Below, in pieces: positions 1-11,317 of a DNA stretch of 64,000 nt. This DNA is from an uncultured Gammaproteobacteria bacterium (GTDB lineage: Bacteria; Pseudomonadota; Gammaproteobacteria; CAYGNG01). The stretch is taken from assembly GCA_964351225.1 (NCBI GenBank), contig CAYGNG010000005.1:12976-76975 (forward strand), read 5' to 3'. A program made the translations under genes and the position numbers. The notes beneath the pieces were generated by a model. It did not search any database. It had not been told where the DNA came from and was given only the letters and a program-made list of their open reading frames with translations. The first letter of the stretch is position 1; the number at the start of each line of letters is the position of its first letter.

Positions 1-102
1 GTTTATTTTATTATCATCGGTGACTTCGCCAACTAATGCTGCAACTTTTGATGTCCCAATATCCAGACCAACAATGAGATTTTTATCCGGTTTTTTAGCC
101 AT
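1..102 (-). CDS. ftsA: Cell division protein FtsA, N-terminal fragment (gene continues beyond window start)
   Basis: Reverse-strand translation from ATG at 102-100 gives MAKKPDKNLIVGLDIGTSKVAALVGEV..., the conserved FtsA N-terminus (actin-like ATPase fold); position downstream of ftsQ as in canonical dcw clusters. Confidence 0.75.
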   Translation of the reverse strand, partial: MAKKPDKNLIVGLDIGTSKVAALVGEVTDDNKIN

Positions 103-208
103 AAGTTAACCAGCCCTGCTTAAAGATACCATATGTTATATCTCAGTTTCTCGTGCCGCCAATATAACATAACTTATTTGTTTTCGCTTGAAAAGATGAC
201 AACAAACC

Positions 209-952
209 TTAGCCTTCTTTATTGTCATCTCGAGCAACCGCAACACCATTTGGATAGCGCAAATCAACAGAGCGAATGGCTCGTGGATCATTGGCTATCA
301 ATTGCGGGTATAGCTTGATAAATCTGTTAAGCCTTGTCAGTAACTGATCCCGGCCTAACTCTAAAACAACACCGCTTTTCAGCGTTATTTGCCATGCCCC
401 ACGCTCACTGACGAGCAGTTGACTGATGGTAAAACCACCTTGAGCCAATACTTGGCTCATTTGCAAATACCATTGATAAATCAAAGATTGCCTATGCGCC
501 GGCCCAAATAAATTCGGTAAATTTTCTGGAATGGTATCTGGATGCGGATAGTATATTTCACCCGCAGCGCTAATTAATGCCGTTTTATTGAAATGAGCGA
601 CGGCTATTTTTTCATGGATCATCAACACCAGTGTGCTTGGCCATATTCTTCGAATCGAAACAGAAGCAACCCAAGGCAATTGTAAAATTCTTTCATGAAG
701 TCCGTGAACATCTACCGCAAAAAACCCCTTTACCGTTTGCTCGGTTACGATGTTTTGCAAATCAGCTCGGTCAATATGAGGGATATTGCCATGGATCTCA
801 ACTTTTTGGATCGGGAAAATACTATCTAAATGTAACGAAGGCGCCGACGAAACCAAAGAAAATAAAGCGACAATAACAATGCTCGCACCCAGAAAAAAAG
901 GCACAAGCCGTGTTGATAAAAAGCGATCAAAAAATCCATTTTTATTAATCAT
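209..952 (-). CDS. ftsQ: Cell division protein FtsQ (POTRA domain, single N-terminal TM)
   Basis: 247 aa ORF with N-terminal TM helix and POTRA-like region; sits between murB and ftsA as in dcw clusters. Confidence 0.85.
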   Translation of the reverse strand: MINKNGFFDRFLSTRLVPFFLGASIVIVALFSLVSSAPSLHLDSIFPIQKVEIHGNIPHIDRADLQNIVTEQTVKGFFAVDVHGLHERILQLPWVASVSIRRIWPSTLVLMIHEKIAVAHFNKTALISAAGEIYYPHPDTIPENLPNLFGPAHRQSLIYQWYLQMSQVLAQGGFTISQLLVSERGAWQITLKSGVVLELGRDQLLTRLNRFIKLYPQLIANDPRAIRSVDLRYPNGVAVARDDNKEG

Positions 953-957
953 GTACG

Positions 958-1863
958 CTAAAAAAATTCCCCAATTATTTTAATTTCTGGTTGCAGCCTA
1001 ATCGAAAACTTATCCATTACCACACCTTGCGCTAAATGAATCAAAGCTTCTATATCTGAGGCCTTGGCATTTTGATCGTTTACAATAAAATTTGCGTGTT
1101 TCTCAGAAATCACCGCCCCACCAATTCGCTGGCCCTTAAGCCCAGACACCTCTAACAATCGCCCGGCATAATCTCCTTTAGGGTTTTTAAACACCGACCC
1201 CCCTGAAAAAACACCAGTTGGTTGCGTTACCCCACGTTGATGTAAACACGATTTTATCGCTTGTAACGCCTCTTTAGCACACCCGGATTGCAAAGCTAAG
1301 GTGGCTGCGACAAACCATTCATCCCCTAATCCCTCAACCTGGCGGTATGCCACGGTAAAGTCCTCCGCATTTCGCACCCGCACGTTACCAGTCCTATCGA
1401 TTGTTTCAACGGCCACCACGTGGGCCCAGGTTTCTCCGCCAAAAGCACCCGCATTCATGGCCAAAGCCCCCCCCATCGTACCCGGGATCCCAGCCAAAAA
1501 CGCAACTCCCATCAACCCCAATCGCGAGCAAAATTTCGCAACTTTGGCACACGTCACGCCAGCCTCTACCCGAACATGGGTTGCATCAAGTTGAGCGATT
1601 TCACGCAATCCCCCTTGTGTCAAAATGACCGTGCCTCGGACCCCACCCTCTCTGATCAGGGTATTACTTCCCAAACCCAACCAAGTCACCGGCTCACCTG
1701 CGGGGCAGTTTGCTAGAAATTGCTGACAATCGGCTAAATCAGCTGGACGAAACAACCGATCGGCCAAACCACCGACATGCCACGAGGTGTAAGCGGCTAA
1801 ACACGGATTTAACAGCAGATCGCCACGCCACAACCGATTTTTAGTATCAATAACCGAGTTCAC
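958..1863 (-). CDS. murB: UDP-N-acetylenolpyruvoylglucosamine reductase MurB
   Basis: 301 aa; FAD-binding MurB family sequence (…[15 protein letters not shown]…, …[12 protein letters not shown]…); dcw context. Confidence 0.9.
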   Translation of the reverse strand: MNSVIDTKNRLWRGDLLLNPCLAAYTSWHVGGLADRLFRPADLADCQQFLANCPAGEPVTWLGLGSNTLIREGGVRGTVILTQGGLREIAQLDATHVRVEAGVTCAKVAKFCSRLGLMGVAFLAGIPGTMGGALAMNAGAFGGETWAHVVAVETIDRTGNVRVRNAEDFTVAYRQVEGLGDEWFVAATLALQSGCAKEALQAIKSCLHQRGVTQPTGVFSGGSVFKNPKGDYAGRLLEVSGLKGQRIGGAVISEKHANFIVNDQNAKASDIEALIHLAQGVVMDKFSIRLQPEIKIIGEFF

Positions 1864-3302
1864 AATGACGAAGCCCCTGTCGTTGTCTCCCTAGGAAGTT
1901 GCATTTTTAATTTGGCCAATTTCTCAGACAACGCACCAATGTTGCCAGCACCTTGCATTAAAATCACATCCCCATCTTGAATTAAATTATGCAAAACTGG
2001 CAACAGCTCCGCATTATCGGCAACCAATACCGGCTCTCGCAATCCTCGTTGCCGAATACTGCGACAAAGACTGCGGCTGTCTGCACCATTGATCAGCGTC
2101 TCGCCAGCGCTATAAACTTCTAATAAAACCAGCTGATCCGCTTGCGATAACACCGCCACAAAATCTTCGTATAAATCTCGGGTTCGGGTATATCGATGCG
2201 GCTGAAAAACCACAATCACTCTGCGTTCCGGCCAAGCTTGCGATAACGCTTCGTAGGTCACCGCCACTTCTCGCGGATGGTGGCCATAATCGTCAACTAA
2301 CAACACCGTTTTGTCATGAATTTGATATTCACCATAAACTTGCATTCGACGACCGATTCCCTGAAATGCCGCTAATGAAGAAAAAATCGCCTGTTCGGGA
2401 ATATTCAACTCATACGCAACCGCCAGCGCAGCTGTCGCATTCAATGCATTATGACGGCCCGCTAAATTCAAACGCAGATCACGTAATTCACGGCCATCGG
2501 GAAAGCGAATAGAAAACTGGCTTTGCATACCGTGTTGTTGGTAATCAAGCAGTCGCACATCCGCTTCTGGATGAAAGCCATAGGTTAATGCCGCACGCGG
2601 CAATTCAGCACGAAGCGCATTTATGGTTGGATCATCAATACATAACACGGCTAAACCATAAAACGGCAAGTTATGCAAGAACTCTAAAAACGTTTTACGC
2701 AACCGATTAAAATCACCACCATAAGTACCCATATGATCTTGATCAATATTGGTGACTATGGCAATCATCGGCATCAAATGTAAAAAAGAGGCATCACTTT
2801 CATCGGCTTCTGCGACCAGATATTTGCTTTTGCCTAAATACGCATTGGAACCGGCGCTATTTAATTTTCCGCCAATAACAAAAGTCGGGTCAAGCCCGCC
2901 TTCGGCCAGCACCGACGCAGTTAAACTGGTTGTGGTGGTCTTACCATGGGTACCCGCAATGGCTATCCCAAATCTAAAACGCATTAATTCTGCGAGCATT
3001 TGCGCTCGTGGTACAATCGGGATCCGTGACTGCATGGCAGCAACAACTTCTGGGTTATCTTTGGGAATGGCCGATGAAACCACCACCACATCAACACCCA
3101 CGACATGGCTGGCTTGTTGGCTTGAATAAATGGTTATTCCCAGCTCAGACAAACGACGAGTCATTTCATTCTCTGTGCGATCTGAGCCGGTAATCTCATA
3201 CCCTTCGCGCAATAAAATTTCAGCAATCCCGCCCATCCCGGCACCACCAATTCCAACAAAGTGGATCCGGTTTGTTTTATGCATTCTTCGTTTACTTTCC
3301 AC
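1860..3302 (-). CDS. murC: UDP-N-acetylmuramate--L-alanine ligase MurC
   Basis: 480 aa; [17 protein letters not shown] Mur ligase N-terminal motif and [10 protein letters not shown]-loop; 4-bp overlap with murB. Confidence 0.9.
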   Translation of the reverse strand: MESKRRMHKTNRIHFVGIGGAGMGGIAEILLREGYEITGSDRTENEMTRRLSELGITIYSSQQASHVVGVDVVVVSSAIPKDNPEVVAAMQSRIPIVPRAQMLAELMRFRFGIAIAGTHGKTTTTSLTASVLAEGGLDPTFVIGGKLNSAGSNAYLGKSKYLVAEADESDASFLHLMPMIAIVTNIDQDHMGTYGGDFNRLRKTFLEFLHNLPFYGLAVLCIDDPTINALRAELPRAALTYGFHPEADVRLLDYQQHGMQSQFSIRFPDGRELRDLRLNLAGRHNALNATAALAVAYELNIPEQAIFSSLAAFQGIGRRMQVYGEYQIHDKTVLLVDDYGHHPREVAVTYEALSQAWPERRVIVVFQPHRYTRTRDLYEDFVAVLSQADQLVLLEVYSAGETLINGADSRSLCRSIRQRGLREPVLVADNAELLPVLHNLIQDGDVILMQGAGNIGALSEKLAKLKMQLPRETTTGASSL

Positions 3303-3369
3303 AATTGCAACCTTTATGAACTTATTTAGCCCTTTATATTATCAAAAGCCGCTATTGGAAGCCATGAAG

Positions 3370-4461
3370 TTAGGTCTGTTGAGAAACTTGCAAACACTTT
3401 TCAGCAACGCGCACAGTCGGATCGCCGTGATGGCATCGCCTAGCCGCCAGGGCAAGCGCCAAACACTTTTCAGGCGACCGTAAATAGGGCTCAAGGTAAT
3501 TAAATAAATTTTCGGGCGTTAACGCCGACTCGGGGATCAAAATAGCAGCTTCTTGCGCAACAAGATACTGCGCATTTGTCGTTTGATGGTCATCCACTGC
3601 GAAAGGATACGGCACCAAAATGCTGCCTAAACCCGCGGCCGCTAATTCAGCAATGGTCAAAGCACCCGCCCTACAAATAACCAGATCGGCCCATTGGTAC
3701 GCCGATGCCATATCGTCAATAAAACTTTCTATCCTGGCCCCAACACCGGCTGTTGCATACTCTTCTTGGGTCTTCTCAAGATGCGCCCGCCCACATTGAT
3801 GCCAAATTTCAGGCCGACTGTCGAGCGCAATTTTTTGAATGCAGCGAGGAATTTGCTGATTTAATTTCAAAGCGCCAAGACTGCCCCCTAAAATTAATAA
3901 TTTCAAAGGCGGGGCGTGTGTCCTGAATCGCGCGCGCGGCTCTGGCAGTTGCGCAATATCACTCCTAACTGGATTGCCCGTCACTATCGGTTGCAGCCTT
4001 TCCGCAAAGGTATTTGGAAACGCCGCTAACACACAGTCCGCCAATTTAGCTAAATAGGCATTGGTCATGCCGGCAATGCTATTTTGCTCATGGATAACCA
4101 AAGGAACTCGCAATAACCACGCGGCTATTCCACCCGGGCCACTGGCATAACCACCCATCCCTAACACCACATGGGGTTTAAAGCGGCGCATAATCAGCAG
4201 CGACTGCACCACCGCTTGCAGCAATTGCCAAGGGAACATGAATTTCCGCCATAATCCCGAACGACGCACACCGCTAATCGGCAATAAATGCAGGGTAATA
4301 TTTGCTTGTGGAACCAAGGCCGTTTCCAAACCTTTCGCCGTACCTATCCACTCAACTTGACAACCAAATTGATCTTGTAACGTTTTAGCAACCGAAAGCG
4401 CTGGAATAACATGGCCACCAGTTCCCCCGGCCATAATCAAAACTCGTTTTGGATCATTCAT
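3370..4461 (-). CDS. murG: UDP-N-acetylglucosamine--N-acetylmuramyl-(pentapeptide) pyrophosphoryl-undecaprenol GlcNAc transferase MurG (start chosen at MNDPKRVLIMAGGTGGH; ORF extends to 4503)
   Basis: MAGGTGGHVIPAL glycosyltransferase family 28 signature; dcw context. Confidence 0.9.
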   Translation of the reverse strand: MNDPKRVLIMAGGTGGHVIPALSVAKTLQDQFGCQVEWIGTAKGLETALVPQANITLHLLPISGVRRSGLWRKFMFPWQLLQAVVQSLLIMRRFKPHVVLGMGGYASGPGGIAAWLLRVPLVIHEQNSIAGMTNAYLAKLADCVLAAFPNTFAERLQPIVTGNPVRSDIAQLPEPRARFRTHAPPLKLLILGGSLGALKLNQQIPRCIQKIALDSRPEIWHQCGRAHLEKTQEEYATAGVGARIESFIDDMASAYQWADLVICRAGALTIAELAAAGLGSILVPYPFAVDDHQTTNAQYLVAQEAAILIPESALTPENLFNYLEPYLRSPEKCLALALAARRCHHGDPTVRVAEKCLQVSQQT

Positions 4462-4468
4462 GTCGGTT

Positions 4469-5650
4469 TCATACTTTTGTTGCACGCTGTAAACAAAACG
4501 CATCTAAGCGATTCTCGTGATCAATCCGCAATATGATCCCAAGCATCATACAACACACCAATAAACTACTGCCGCCAGAGCTCATGAGAGGAAGTGTTAA
4601 GCCTTTGGTGGGTAATGCCCCAGCATTAACCCCTAGATTAATCAGGCACTGGATACTCAATAGCAATGTCATGCCATAAGCCATATAACCAGAAAAAAAA
4701 TTGGCGCTTACTATTGCCGTTTTCGCAATCTTAAATCCCCGGACTATTAAAAGCGCATACAGACTCATCATAACCAAGACACCCAACAAACCCATTTCTT
4801 CAGCAAGCACCGCAAACAAAAAATCGGTATGCGCCTCAGGCAAATAAAATAACTTTTGCACGCTCTCTCCAAGCCCCACCCCAAACCAACCACCGCGACC
4901 AAATGCAATCAATGATTGCGTTAACTGATACCCACTGCCATATTGCGAAGCCCACGGGTTTAAAAACGTTGTCATCCTTTGTATGCGGTAAGGCGCTGAT
5001 AAAGATACCAGGCCCACAACCAGCAACGCCATGGCGACTAATATTGCAAACCGCCACCATTTAACGCCTGATAAAAATAACAAACCCATGGTGGTAATTA
5101 AAATAACCACCGCAGCACCAAAGTCTGGTTGTAATAATAATAATAATGCAACGCCGCCGACCAGCAGAATGGGCTTCCAAAATGCTGAGGAAGAATCCAG
5201 TAAGGCTTCTTGGTGTCTTGCCATATAACCGGCTAAATAAATCACGAAACAGAATTTCGCCAACTCTGAAACTTGCATTCTAAAAAATATCAAATTAATC
5301 CAGCGCGTACTGCCATTTACTGTTTTTCCTAGGCCGGGAATATAAACCAGTATGAGTAAAAAAAATGTTGTCAGCAATAATGCATTGCGAATCTTATATA
5401 AATAATCCGTATCAATGCGCAATAACACTAATATCAACCCCAACCCAATGCCTAAGAAGAGTAGTTGCCGATAGAGATAGTAAAAAGGTTGCTGATATAA
5501 TCGGTCGGCAATCACCATCGAGGAAGAGGCAACCATCAATAAACCCATAGCAATAATGGCTACGGCCGCAAACAAGAATACGCGATCGTATAATGCGATG
5601 GTTTGAACAGTTTTCGATGAATGATAGGCCATATTATTTTGTGATCTCAT
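4469..5650 (-). CDS. ftsW: Peptidoglycan glycosyltransferase FtsW (SEDS family)
   Basis: 393 aa polytopic membrane protein, SEDS family features, between murD and murG. Confidence 0.9.
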   Translation of the reverse strand: MRSQNNMAYHSSKTVQTIALYDRVFLFAAVAIIAMGLLMVASSSMVIADRLYQQPFYYLYRQLLFLGIGLGLILVLLRIDTDYLYKIRNALLLTTFFLLILVYIPGLGKTVNGSTRWINLIFFRMQVSELAKFCFVIYLAGYMARHQEALLDSSSAFWKPILLVGGVALLLLLQPDFGAAVVILITTMGLLFLSGVKWWRFAILVAMALLVVGLVSLSAPYRIQRMTTFLNPWASQYGSGYQLTQSLIAFGRGGWFGVGLGESVQKLFYLPEAHTDFLFAVLAEEMGLLGVLVMMSLYALLIVRGFKIAKTAIVSANFFSGYMAYGMTLLLSIQCLINLGVNAGALPTKGLTLPLMSSGGSSLLVCCMMLGIILRIDHENRLDAFCLQRATKV

Positions 5651-6987
5651 TGGTTTTGAGCCATGACCAAACGCGCAAACTCATTACCACGATGTTCAAA
5701 GTTTTGAAACATATCCCAACTGGCACACGCCGGCGCCAATAACACGGCATCATGCGCTTTGGCTTTCTGTCTTGCCAAATTAACCGCTTCTTCCAGCGTA
5801 TTAACCACATTGATCTCAGTACAACCATGCAAAGCCTCTGCGATGCGCTGCTTATCCCTACCATACAATATGGCTGATTTGACGGTCTTGAGTACGCTGT
5901 CTCTGAGTAAGTGGAAATCGGCACCTTTGCCATCACCACCGGCAAGCAACACAATTTCGCCTGAAATAATTGCGCTTATCCCAGCTAGTGAGGCAACGGC
6001 TGATCCCACATTGGTTGCTTTAGAGTCATTAAACCAAAAAACGCCATCATTGGTCGGGATTAATTGGCATCGATGAGCTAAGCCCGTAAAGGTTGTTAAC
6101 ACCTCGAGCATTGCCGATAGCGGTAACGCGAGCGCTTGCCCAATGGCTAGCGCAGCTAGGGCATTCAACCAATTATGCTGACCCAGTAACTTCATCTCTT
6201 TGGTCGCAAGCAACCGTTCATTGCCAAAACAAAACCACGTTTCTCCTGCAAAAGTATCTATTCCAAATTGACTGGCTTTCGGTGGGTTTTGGGTAAACTC
6301 GATAGAATGCTTACCTGAATGCTTTTTAGGAAACAGCGCCGGCTCGTCAGCATTAATCACTGCCGTTTTGGCATGGTGATAGATTAGTTGCTTTGCTTGT
6401 AAATATTTTTCAATGCTGCCATAACGATCCATATGATCTTCACACAGATTGAGGATCACCGCGACATCGGCGGCCAAAGAAGGTGTCAGCTCTAATTGAT
6501 AACTGGATAGTTCTAAGATATACCATTCGATATCCGCTTGTGGTAACAAATCAAGCACCGGGATCCCGATGTTACCACCGACTCTGGCTTTCACTCGAGC
6601 CTGCTTTGCCATCTCTCCCACTAACGAGGTGACGGTACTTTTGCCATTGGTTCCGGTGATAGCCACAATCTTGGCATCAACCTGACGCAAAAATAATTCC
6701 ACATCCCCAATCAAAGGGATCCCTGCGCGAGTGGCTGACTGCAACATCGGATGGTCCATGACTACCCCAGGACTCAAAATGATTTCATCCACTTCAGCAA
6801 AGCGCGCCTCCGGCCAATCGACTAAGCACACCTCAATATTGGGAAATTGCTGTTTGAACGCTGTTAAATTCTGTGGCTTATCACGGGAATCGAATACCAT
6901 GAAGGGCACGTGTTGTTGGGCAAAAAAACGCGCCACACTCATCCCCGTCATACCTAATCCAAACACACATTTTTTTTTATCGTGCAT
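5647..6987 (-). CDS. murD: UDP-N-acetylmuramoylalanine--D-glutamate ligase MurD
   Basis: 446 aa; GLGMTGMSVARFF N-terminus and AITGTNGKST P-loop; 4-bp overlap with ftsW. Confidence 0.9.
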   Translation of the reverse strand: MHDKKKCVFGLGMTGMSVARFFAQQHVPFMVFDSRDKPQNLTAFKQQFPNIEVCLVDWPEARFAEVDEIILSPGVVMDHPMLQSATRAGIPLIGDVELFLRQVDAKIVAITGTNGKSTVTSLVGEMAKQARVKARVGGNIGIPVLDLLPQADIEWYILELSSYQLELTPSLAADVAVILNLCEDHMDRYGSIEKYLQAKQLIYHHAKTAVINADEPALFPKKHSGKHSIEFTQNPPKASQFGIDTFAGETWFCFGNERLLATKEMKLLGQHNWLNALAALAIGQALALPLSAMLEVLTTFTGLAHRCQLIPTNDGVFWFNDSKATNVGSAVASLAGISAIISGEIVLLAGGDGKGADFHLLRDSVLKTVKSAILYGRDKQRIAEALHGCTEINVVNTLEEAVNLARQKAKAHDAVLLAPACASWDMFQNFEHRGNEFARLVMAQNQ

Positions 6988-7000
6988 ACGATTTCCTACC

Positions 7001-8083
7001 CTAACGTAATTTCAATGTTGCCAGTCCACATAACACCAAAACTACCGTAATAATCCAAAATCGCACAATTATCTTCGGCTCGGGCCAACCAATTAATTCA
7101 AAATGGTGATGAATGGGCGCCATTTTAAAAATTCGCTTTCCGGTTAATTTAAATGAAGCGACTTGTAAAATGACCGAAACCGTTTCTAATACAAAAATTC
7201 CTCCCATAATAAACAATATCAATTCTTGGCGAACCACCACGGCAATAATACCCAAAGCACCACCGAGGGCTAGCGAACCGATATCGCCCATGAACACTTG
7301 TGCCGGATAGGTATTAAACCACAAAAACCCCAGACCAGCGCCAAAGATAGAGCTGCAGACAACCACCACCTCCCCCGCGCCAGGAACAAAAGGAATTTCC
7401 AAATATCGAGAAAATTCCGCATTACCGGTAACATACGCGAAGATCCCAAACGCACCGCCGACCAACAGCACCGGCATGATAGCAAGCCCATCTAAACCAT
7501 CCGTTAGATTAACCGCGTTACTGCTCCCTACTATCACAAAACTGGTGAAAATAATGAAAAACACCCCCAAATCCGGCGTCACATTCTTAAAAAATGGAAC
7601 CACCAACTGCGTCTCAACCGGAACCGTGGCTTGCAAATATAACAAGGTGGTCACCAGCAGGGCCGCTGTAAATTGCCAAAATAATTTCCATCTGCCAGAT
7701 AAACCTTTGGCGTTACGCTTAGCAATTTTTCGATAATCATCGACCCACCCTATCAAGGCATAAGCCATCGTAATAAAAACTATCAACCCTATATAGATAT
7801 TTTTAAGATTTGCCCACAGTAACGTTGCAAGAACAATACTAATAATAATAAGTAGCCCACCCATCGTTGGCGTGCCGGCTTTTTGCAGGTGTGATTGTGG
7901 ACCATCTTCGCGGATCATTTGCCCTAGTTGAAACTTGGTCAACCAATAAATCATTTTGGGTCCAACGGTCAGCGACATAACCAGTGCTGTTAAACTGCTT
8001 AAAATCGCTCGTAGAGTAAGATAATGGAAAACATGGAAACCGTGATAATATTGTTTTAAGTATTGGGTTAACCATAACAGCAT
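7001..8083 (-). CDS. mraY: Phospho-N-acetylmuramoyl-pentapeptide transferase MraY
   Basis: 360 aa; near-colinear identity to E. coli MraY ([27 protein letters not shown]…, …[14 protein letters not shown]…, …[25 protein letters not shown]…). Confidence 0.95.
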   Translation of the reverse strand: MLLWLTQYLKQYYHGFHVFHYLTLRAILSSLTALVMSLTVGPKMIYWLTKFQLGQMIREDGPQSHLQKAGTPTMGGLLIIISIVLATLLWANLKNIYIGLIVFITMAYALIGWVDDYRKIAKRNAKGLSGRWKLFWQFTAALLVTTLLYLQATVPVETQLVVPFFKNVTPDLGVFFIIFTSFVIVGSSNAVNLTDGLDGLAIMPVLLVGGAFGIFAYVTGNAEFSRYLEIPFVPGAGEVVVVCSSIFGAGLGFLWFNTYPAQVFMGDIGSLALGGALGIIAVVVRQELILFIMGGIFVLETVSVILQVASFKLTGKRIFKMAPIHHHFELIGWPEPKIIVRFWIITVVLVLCGLATLKLR

Positions 8084-8142
8084 ATATCAACCTTTTATCA
8101 TCAGTGGATTACAAACTAGTGGAAAAAGAGCTTTGAAGCGCC

Positions 8143-9666
8143 CTACTGGTGACTTTCTAAACCAGTGGCAGCATAAGCACAATCATTGAACGGATAACGT
8201 TGCCCTGCTATTTCTTGGTAATCCTCATGCCCTTTGCCGGCAATTAATACCACATCTCCTGTTTGCGCACTAGCTATCATTTCATGAATCGCCGCTGCTC
8301 GGTTTAAATTAATCGAAAATGAATAAGAACTATCAAATCCCATCACAATTTCATCGACTATTTGCTTGGGATCTTCGCCACGAGGGTTATCGTTCGTCAC
8401 CAGCGCACGATCCGCATAACGCGCCACGGCTTTTGCCATCAGCGGCCGTTTCTGCCGGTCGCGCTCTCCGCCACAGCCAAAAACGCAAAATAACTGCCCT
8501 TTGGTGTGAGTTTTTAGTACAGATAACACTTGTTCTAAGGCATCGGGCGAATGGGCATAATCAACAACCACAAGTGGCTTATCACCACCGCCCAATGTCT
8601 GCATGCGCCCGGGTGCCCCTTTTATTTGAGCCAGTCGTGCGGCCACCTCACTGAGCGACATCCCCATTAAATTAGCAACCGTTACCGTCGCCAACGCATT
8701 ACTCAAATTAAACCGCCCCAGTAGTGGAATAACCAGTTGCGTATGGCCCCATGGGGTATCGACCTCGGCACGAATGCCCGTCTCAGAATATTCCATGTCA
8801 CAGGCGATAATGGTGCGAATACCAGGCATCGTCCGCCCCTCGATAGAGTAACCATATACTTGCAATTTGACGCTTAATTCTTTACATAATGCCAGCCCAA
8901 ATTCATCATCTAAATTAATCACGGCTTGACGCAGACTGGGAACTGAAAACAATTTGCGCTTTGCTTGCCCATAACGCGTCATATCACCATGATAATCCAG
9001 ATGTTCATGCGTTAAATTGGTAAAAACGCCGATATCAAAAATAACATTATTCACCCGACCTTGATCTAAAGCATGTGAGGACACCTCCATGGCCACCGCT
9101 TGGATCCCTTGGCCGCGAAGTTCGGCCAGAGTCCTTTGTACAGAAACCGCATCGGGTGTCGTAAGATTGCCCGCTTTAATGTCATGGACAGGTCCAGATC
9201 CCAAGGTCCCAATAACGCCACTGGCAATGCCTGCTGCACGTAATATTTGGGCAATAAAAAGCGTACAAGATGTTTTACCATTGGTGCCAGTAACCCCTAT
9301 TAATTTCATCCACCGTGAAGGATAATGAAAATAGCGTGCCGCAATATAACCAATTCGAAAACGTAACTGTTTGAGCATAACATGGGTAATGCCAGCGATC
9401 TCCGTCGCGTACGACTCCCCAGCCATTAAATCACGAATGATAACGCAAGCGCCTTTATCTACCGCCTCTTTTATGTAATCTATCCCGCCCCCGAAAGCAA
9501 CAAAGGTGGAGCCGTTGGTGACCGCGCGACTATCTACAAAAAGATCGGTAACCGATTTATCGAGATGCGCTGGAATATCGACAATTCCAGATAACAGTTC
9601 GCTTAACAGAACCGACTTGGTCGATATACGCGGTTGTTTAGTGCATTTTATCATCGGGCGCCACAT
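8143..9666 (-). CDS. murE: UDP-N-acetylmuramoyl-L-alanyl-D-glutamate--2,6-diaminopimelate ligase MurE
   Basis: 507 aa Mur ligase; IGVTGTNGKTS P-loop and Mur-ligase C-terminal DNPR motif; followed directly by mraY (no murF in between). Confidence 0.9.
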   Translation of the reverse strand: MWRPMIKCTKQPRISTKSVLLSELLSGIVDIPAHLDKSVTDLFVDSRAVTNGSTFVAFGGGIDYIKEAVDKGACVIIRDLMAGESYATEIAGITHVMLKQLRFRIGYIAARYFHYPSRWMKLIGVTGTNGKTSCTLFIAQILRAAGIASGVIGTLGSGPVHDIKAGNLTTPDAVSVQRTLAELRGQGIQAVAMEVSSHALDQGRVNNVIFDIGVFTNLTHEHLDYHGDMTRYGQAKRKLFSVPSLRQAVINLDDEFGLALCKELSVKLQVYGYSIEGRTMPGIRTIIACDMEYSETGIRAEVDTPWGHTQLVIPLLGRFNLSNALATVTVANLMGMSLSEVAARLAQIKGAPGRMQTLGGGDKPLVVVDYAHSPDALEQVLSVLKTHTKGQLFCVFGCGGERDRQKRPLMAKAVARYADRALVTNDNPRGEDPKQIVDEIVMGFDSSYSFSINLNRAAAIHEMIASAQTGDVVLIAGKGHEDYQEIAGQRYPFNDCAYAATGLESHQ

Positions 9667-11317
9667 TTAAAATTCTCAATGCCCCACCCATCACTTTTGC
9701 AAAAATAGGCGCAGCAACACGACCACCATAGTACACTTTTCCACGCGGATCATGAATAACAACAGCAACCACTAGCCTGGGCTGGCTTGCCGGGGCTAAC
9801 CCAACAAAAATACTATTATGCCTGTTTTTCTCATACCCATATTTTCCCACGATACGTGTTGTGCCTGTTTTGCCACTGACACGATACCCTGGAACCCGAG
9901 CAAGTGGTGCTGTTCCCCCTCGTGCGACAACGGACTCCATCATGGTGACAATCTGTCTTGCCATATTGGCAGTGATCACTCGAACACCATGACTTAATTT
10001 ATTTGTTTTTAAAAACGTTACTGGATAACGTATCCCGCCGGATCCGAGAATAGCGTAAGCATTTGCCAACTGCAAAGCCGTTACCGATATACCATAACCG
10101 AATCCCAAAGTGGCCAGGGTAAATGGCTCCCATTCGGAATGGTAAGGCAAGCGCCCCATGCTCTCTCCTGGAAAACCGCTTTCTGTTATTTCGCCAAAAC
10201 CAAAACGATGCAACAAACGATAGAGACGCTCTCCGGTCGATGCCAGCACCAGCTTCGAAACCCCGACATTGCTTGATATTTGTAAAATTGTCTCAACGGT
10301 AATTTTTCCGTGATTAATCCTATCTTTCACTTGATGACCATTCAAGGTTAAAAATCCAGGCGCGGTATTCACCAAGGTAGTTGGCTCAAAGTTCCCGCTG
10401 GCTAAGGCATTGGCAACCGCAAAGGGTTTCAGCGCCGAACCCGGTTCAAAAACATCCGTTACCGCACGATTACGATAACGGGCCATCTGGTTACTTTGCA
10501 AACGACTATTCGGGTTAAATGAAGGTTGATTAACCATCGCTAATACTTCACCATTGGTTACATTCATAACGATAATTGAGCCAGACTCCGCATGATACTC
10601 ATCTATCGCGGCCTGCAATTCACGATAGGCCAAATACTGAATTCTTCTATCGATACTTAATGTCAGCTCATTGCCGGGTTTCGGGGATTGCACAATATTC
10701 AGATCGTCAACCACCCGACCAATCCTATCTTTGACCACTCGTTTCTTTCCCGGGATCCCCCGCAACCAATTATCAAACGACAACTCTAATCCTTCTATTC
10801 CGTGGTCATCAATATTGGTTATTCCTAGAATATGAGCCATGATTTCACCTTCTGGGTAGAAGCGATGAAACTCTCCTTGTAAAAACAATCCTGGCAACCC
10901 AATAAGCTTAATGGCATTGGCAATCGTTGGATTAACCCCACGCTTAAGGTAAATAAATTCGCGTGCTTTATTTTGTTTTATCCGCTGCTTCAGCAACCGC
11001 GAATTGAAGCCAATCAATTTACTCACTTGTTGTAATCGACTATCTTGCACGGAAACCTCTTTTGGATTCATCCAAACAGAAGACACCGGTGTACTGATTG
11101 CTAATGGCTCACCATTGCGATCAGAGATAATCCCACGATAAGCAGGAATAGCCACGGTTCGTAAAGCACGAGCATCTCCTTGACTGAGTAAAAAAGCACG
11201 GTCCACTACCATCAACTGCACCATGCGCCCTATCAACCCCACTAATATTAACGTCAATAATCCCAGAACTATCCGATGACGCCAACGAGTCGGCCACTCG
11301 TCACCATACTTCTTCAC
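9638..11317 (-). CDS. ftsI: Peptidoglycan D,D-transpeptidase FtsI (PBP3)
   Basis: 559 aa; N-terminal TM, PBP dimerisation and transpeptidase domains (SxxK, SxN, KTG-type motifs: …FEPGSALKPF…, …SSN…, …KTGT…). Confidence 0.9.
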   Translation of the reverse strand: MKKYGDEWPTRWRHRIVLGLLTLILVGLIGRMVQLMVVDRAFLLSQGDARALRTVAIPAYRGIISDRNGEPLAISTPVSSVWMNPKEVSVQDSRLQQVSKLIGFNSRLLKQRIKQNKAREFIYLKRGVNPTIANAIKLIGLPGLFLQGEFHRFYPEGEIMAHILGITNIDDHGIEGLELSFDNWLRGIPGKKRVVKDRIGRVVDDLNIVQSPKPGNELTLSIDRRIQYLAYRELQAAIDEYHAESGSIIVMNVTNGEVLAMVNQPSFNPNSRLQSNQMARYRNRAVTDVFEPGSALKPFAVANALASGNFEPTTLVNTAPGFLTLNGHQVKDRINHGKITVETILQISSNVGVSKLVLASTGERLYRLLHRFGFGEITESGFPGESMGRLPYHSEWEPFTLATLGFGYGISVTALQLANAYAILGSGGIRYPVTFLKTNKLSHGVRVITANMARQIVTMMESVVARGGTAPLARVPGYRVSGKTGTTRIVGKYGYEKNRHNSIFVGLAPASQPRLVVAVVIHDPRGKVYYGGRVAAPIFAKVMGGALRILNVAPDDKMH

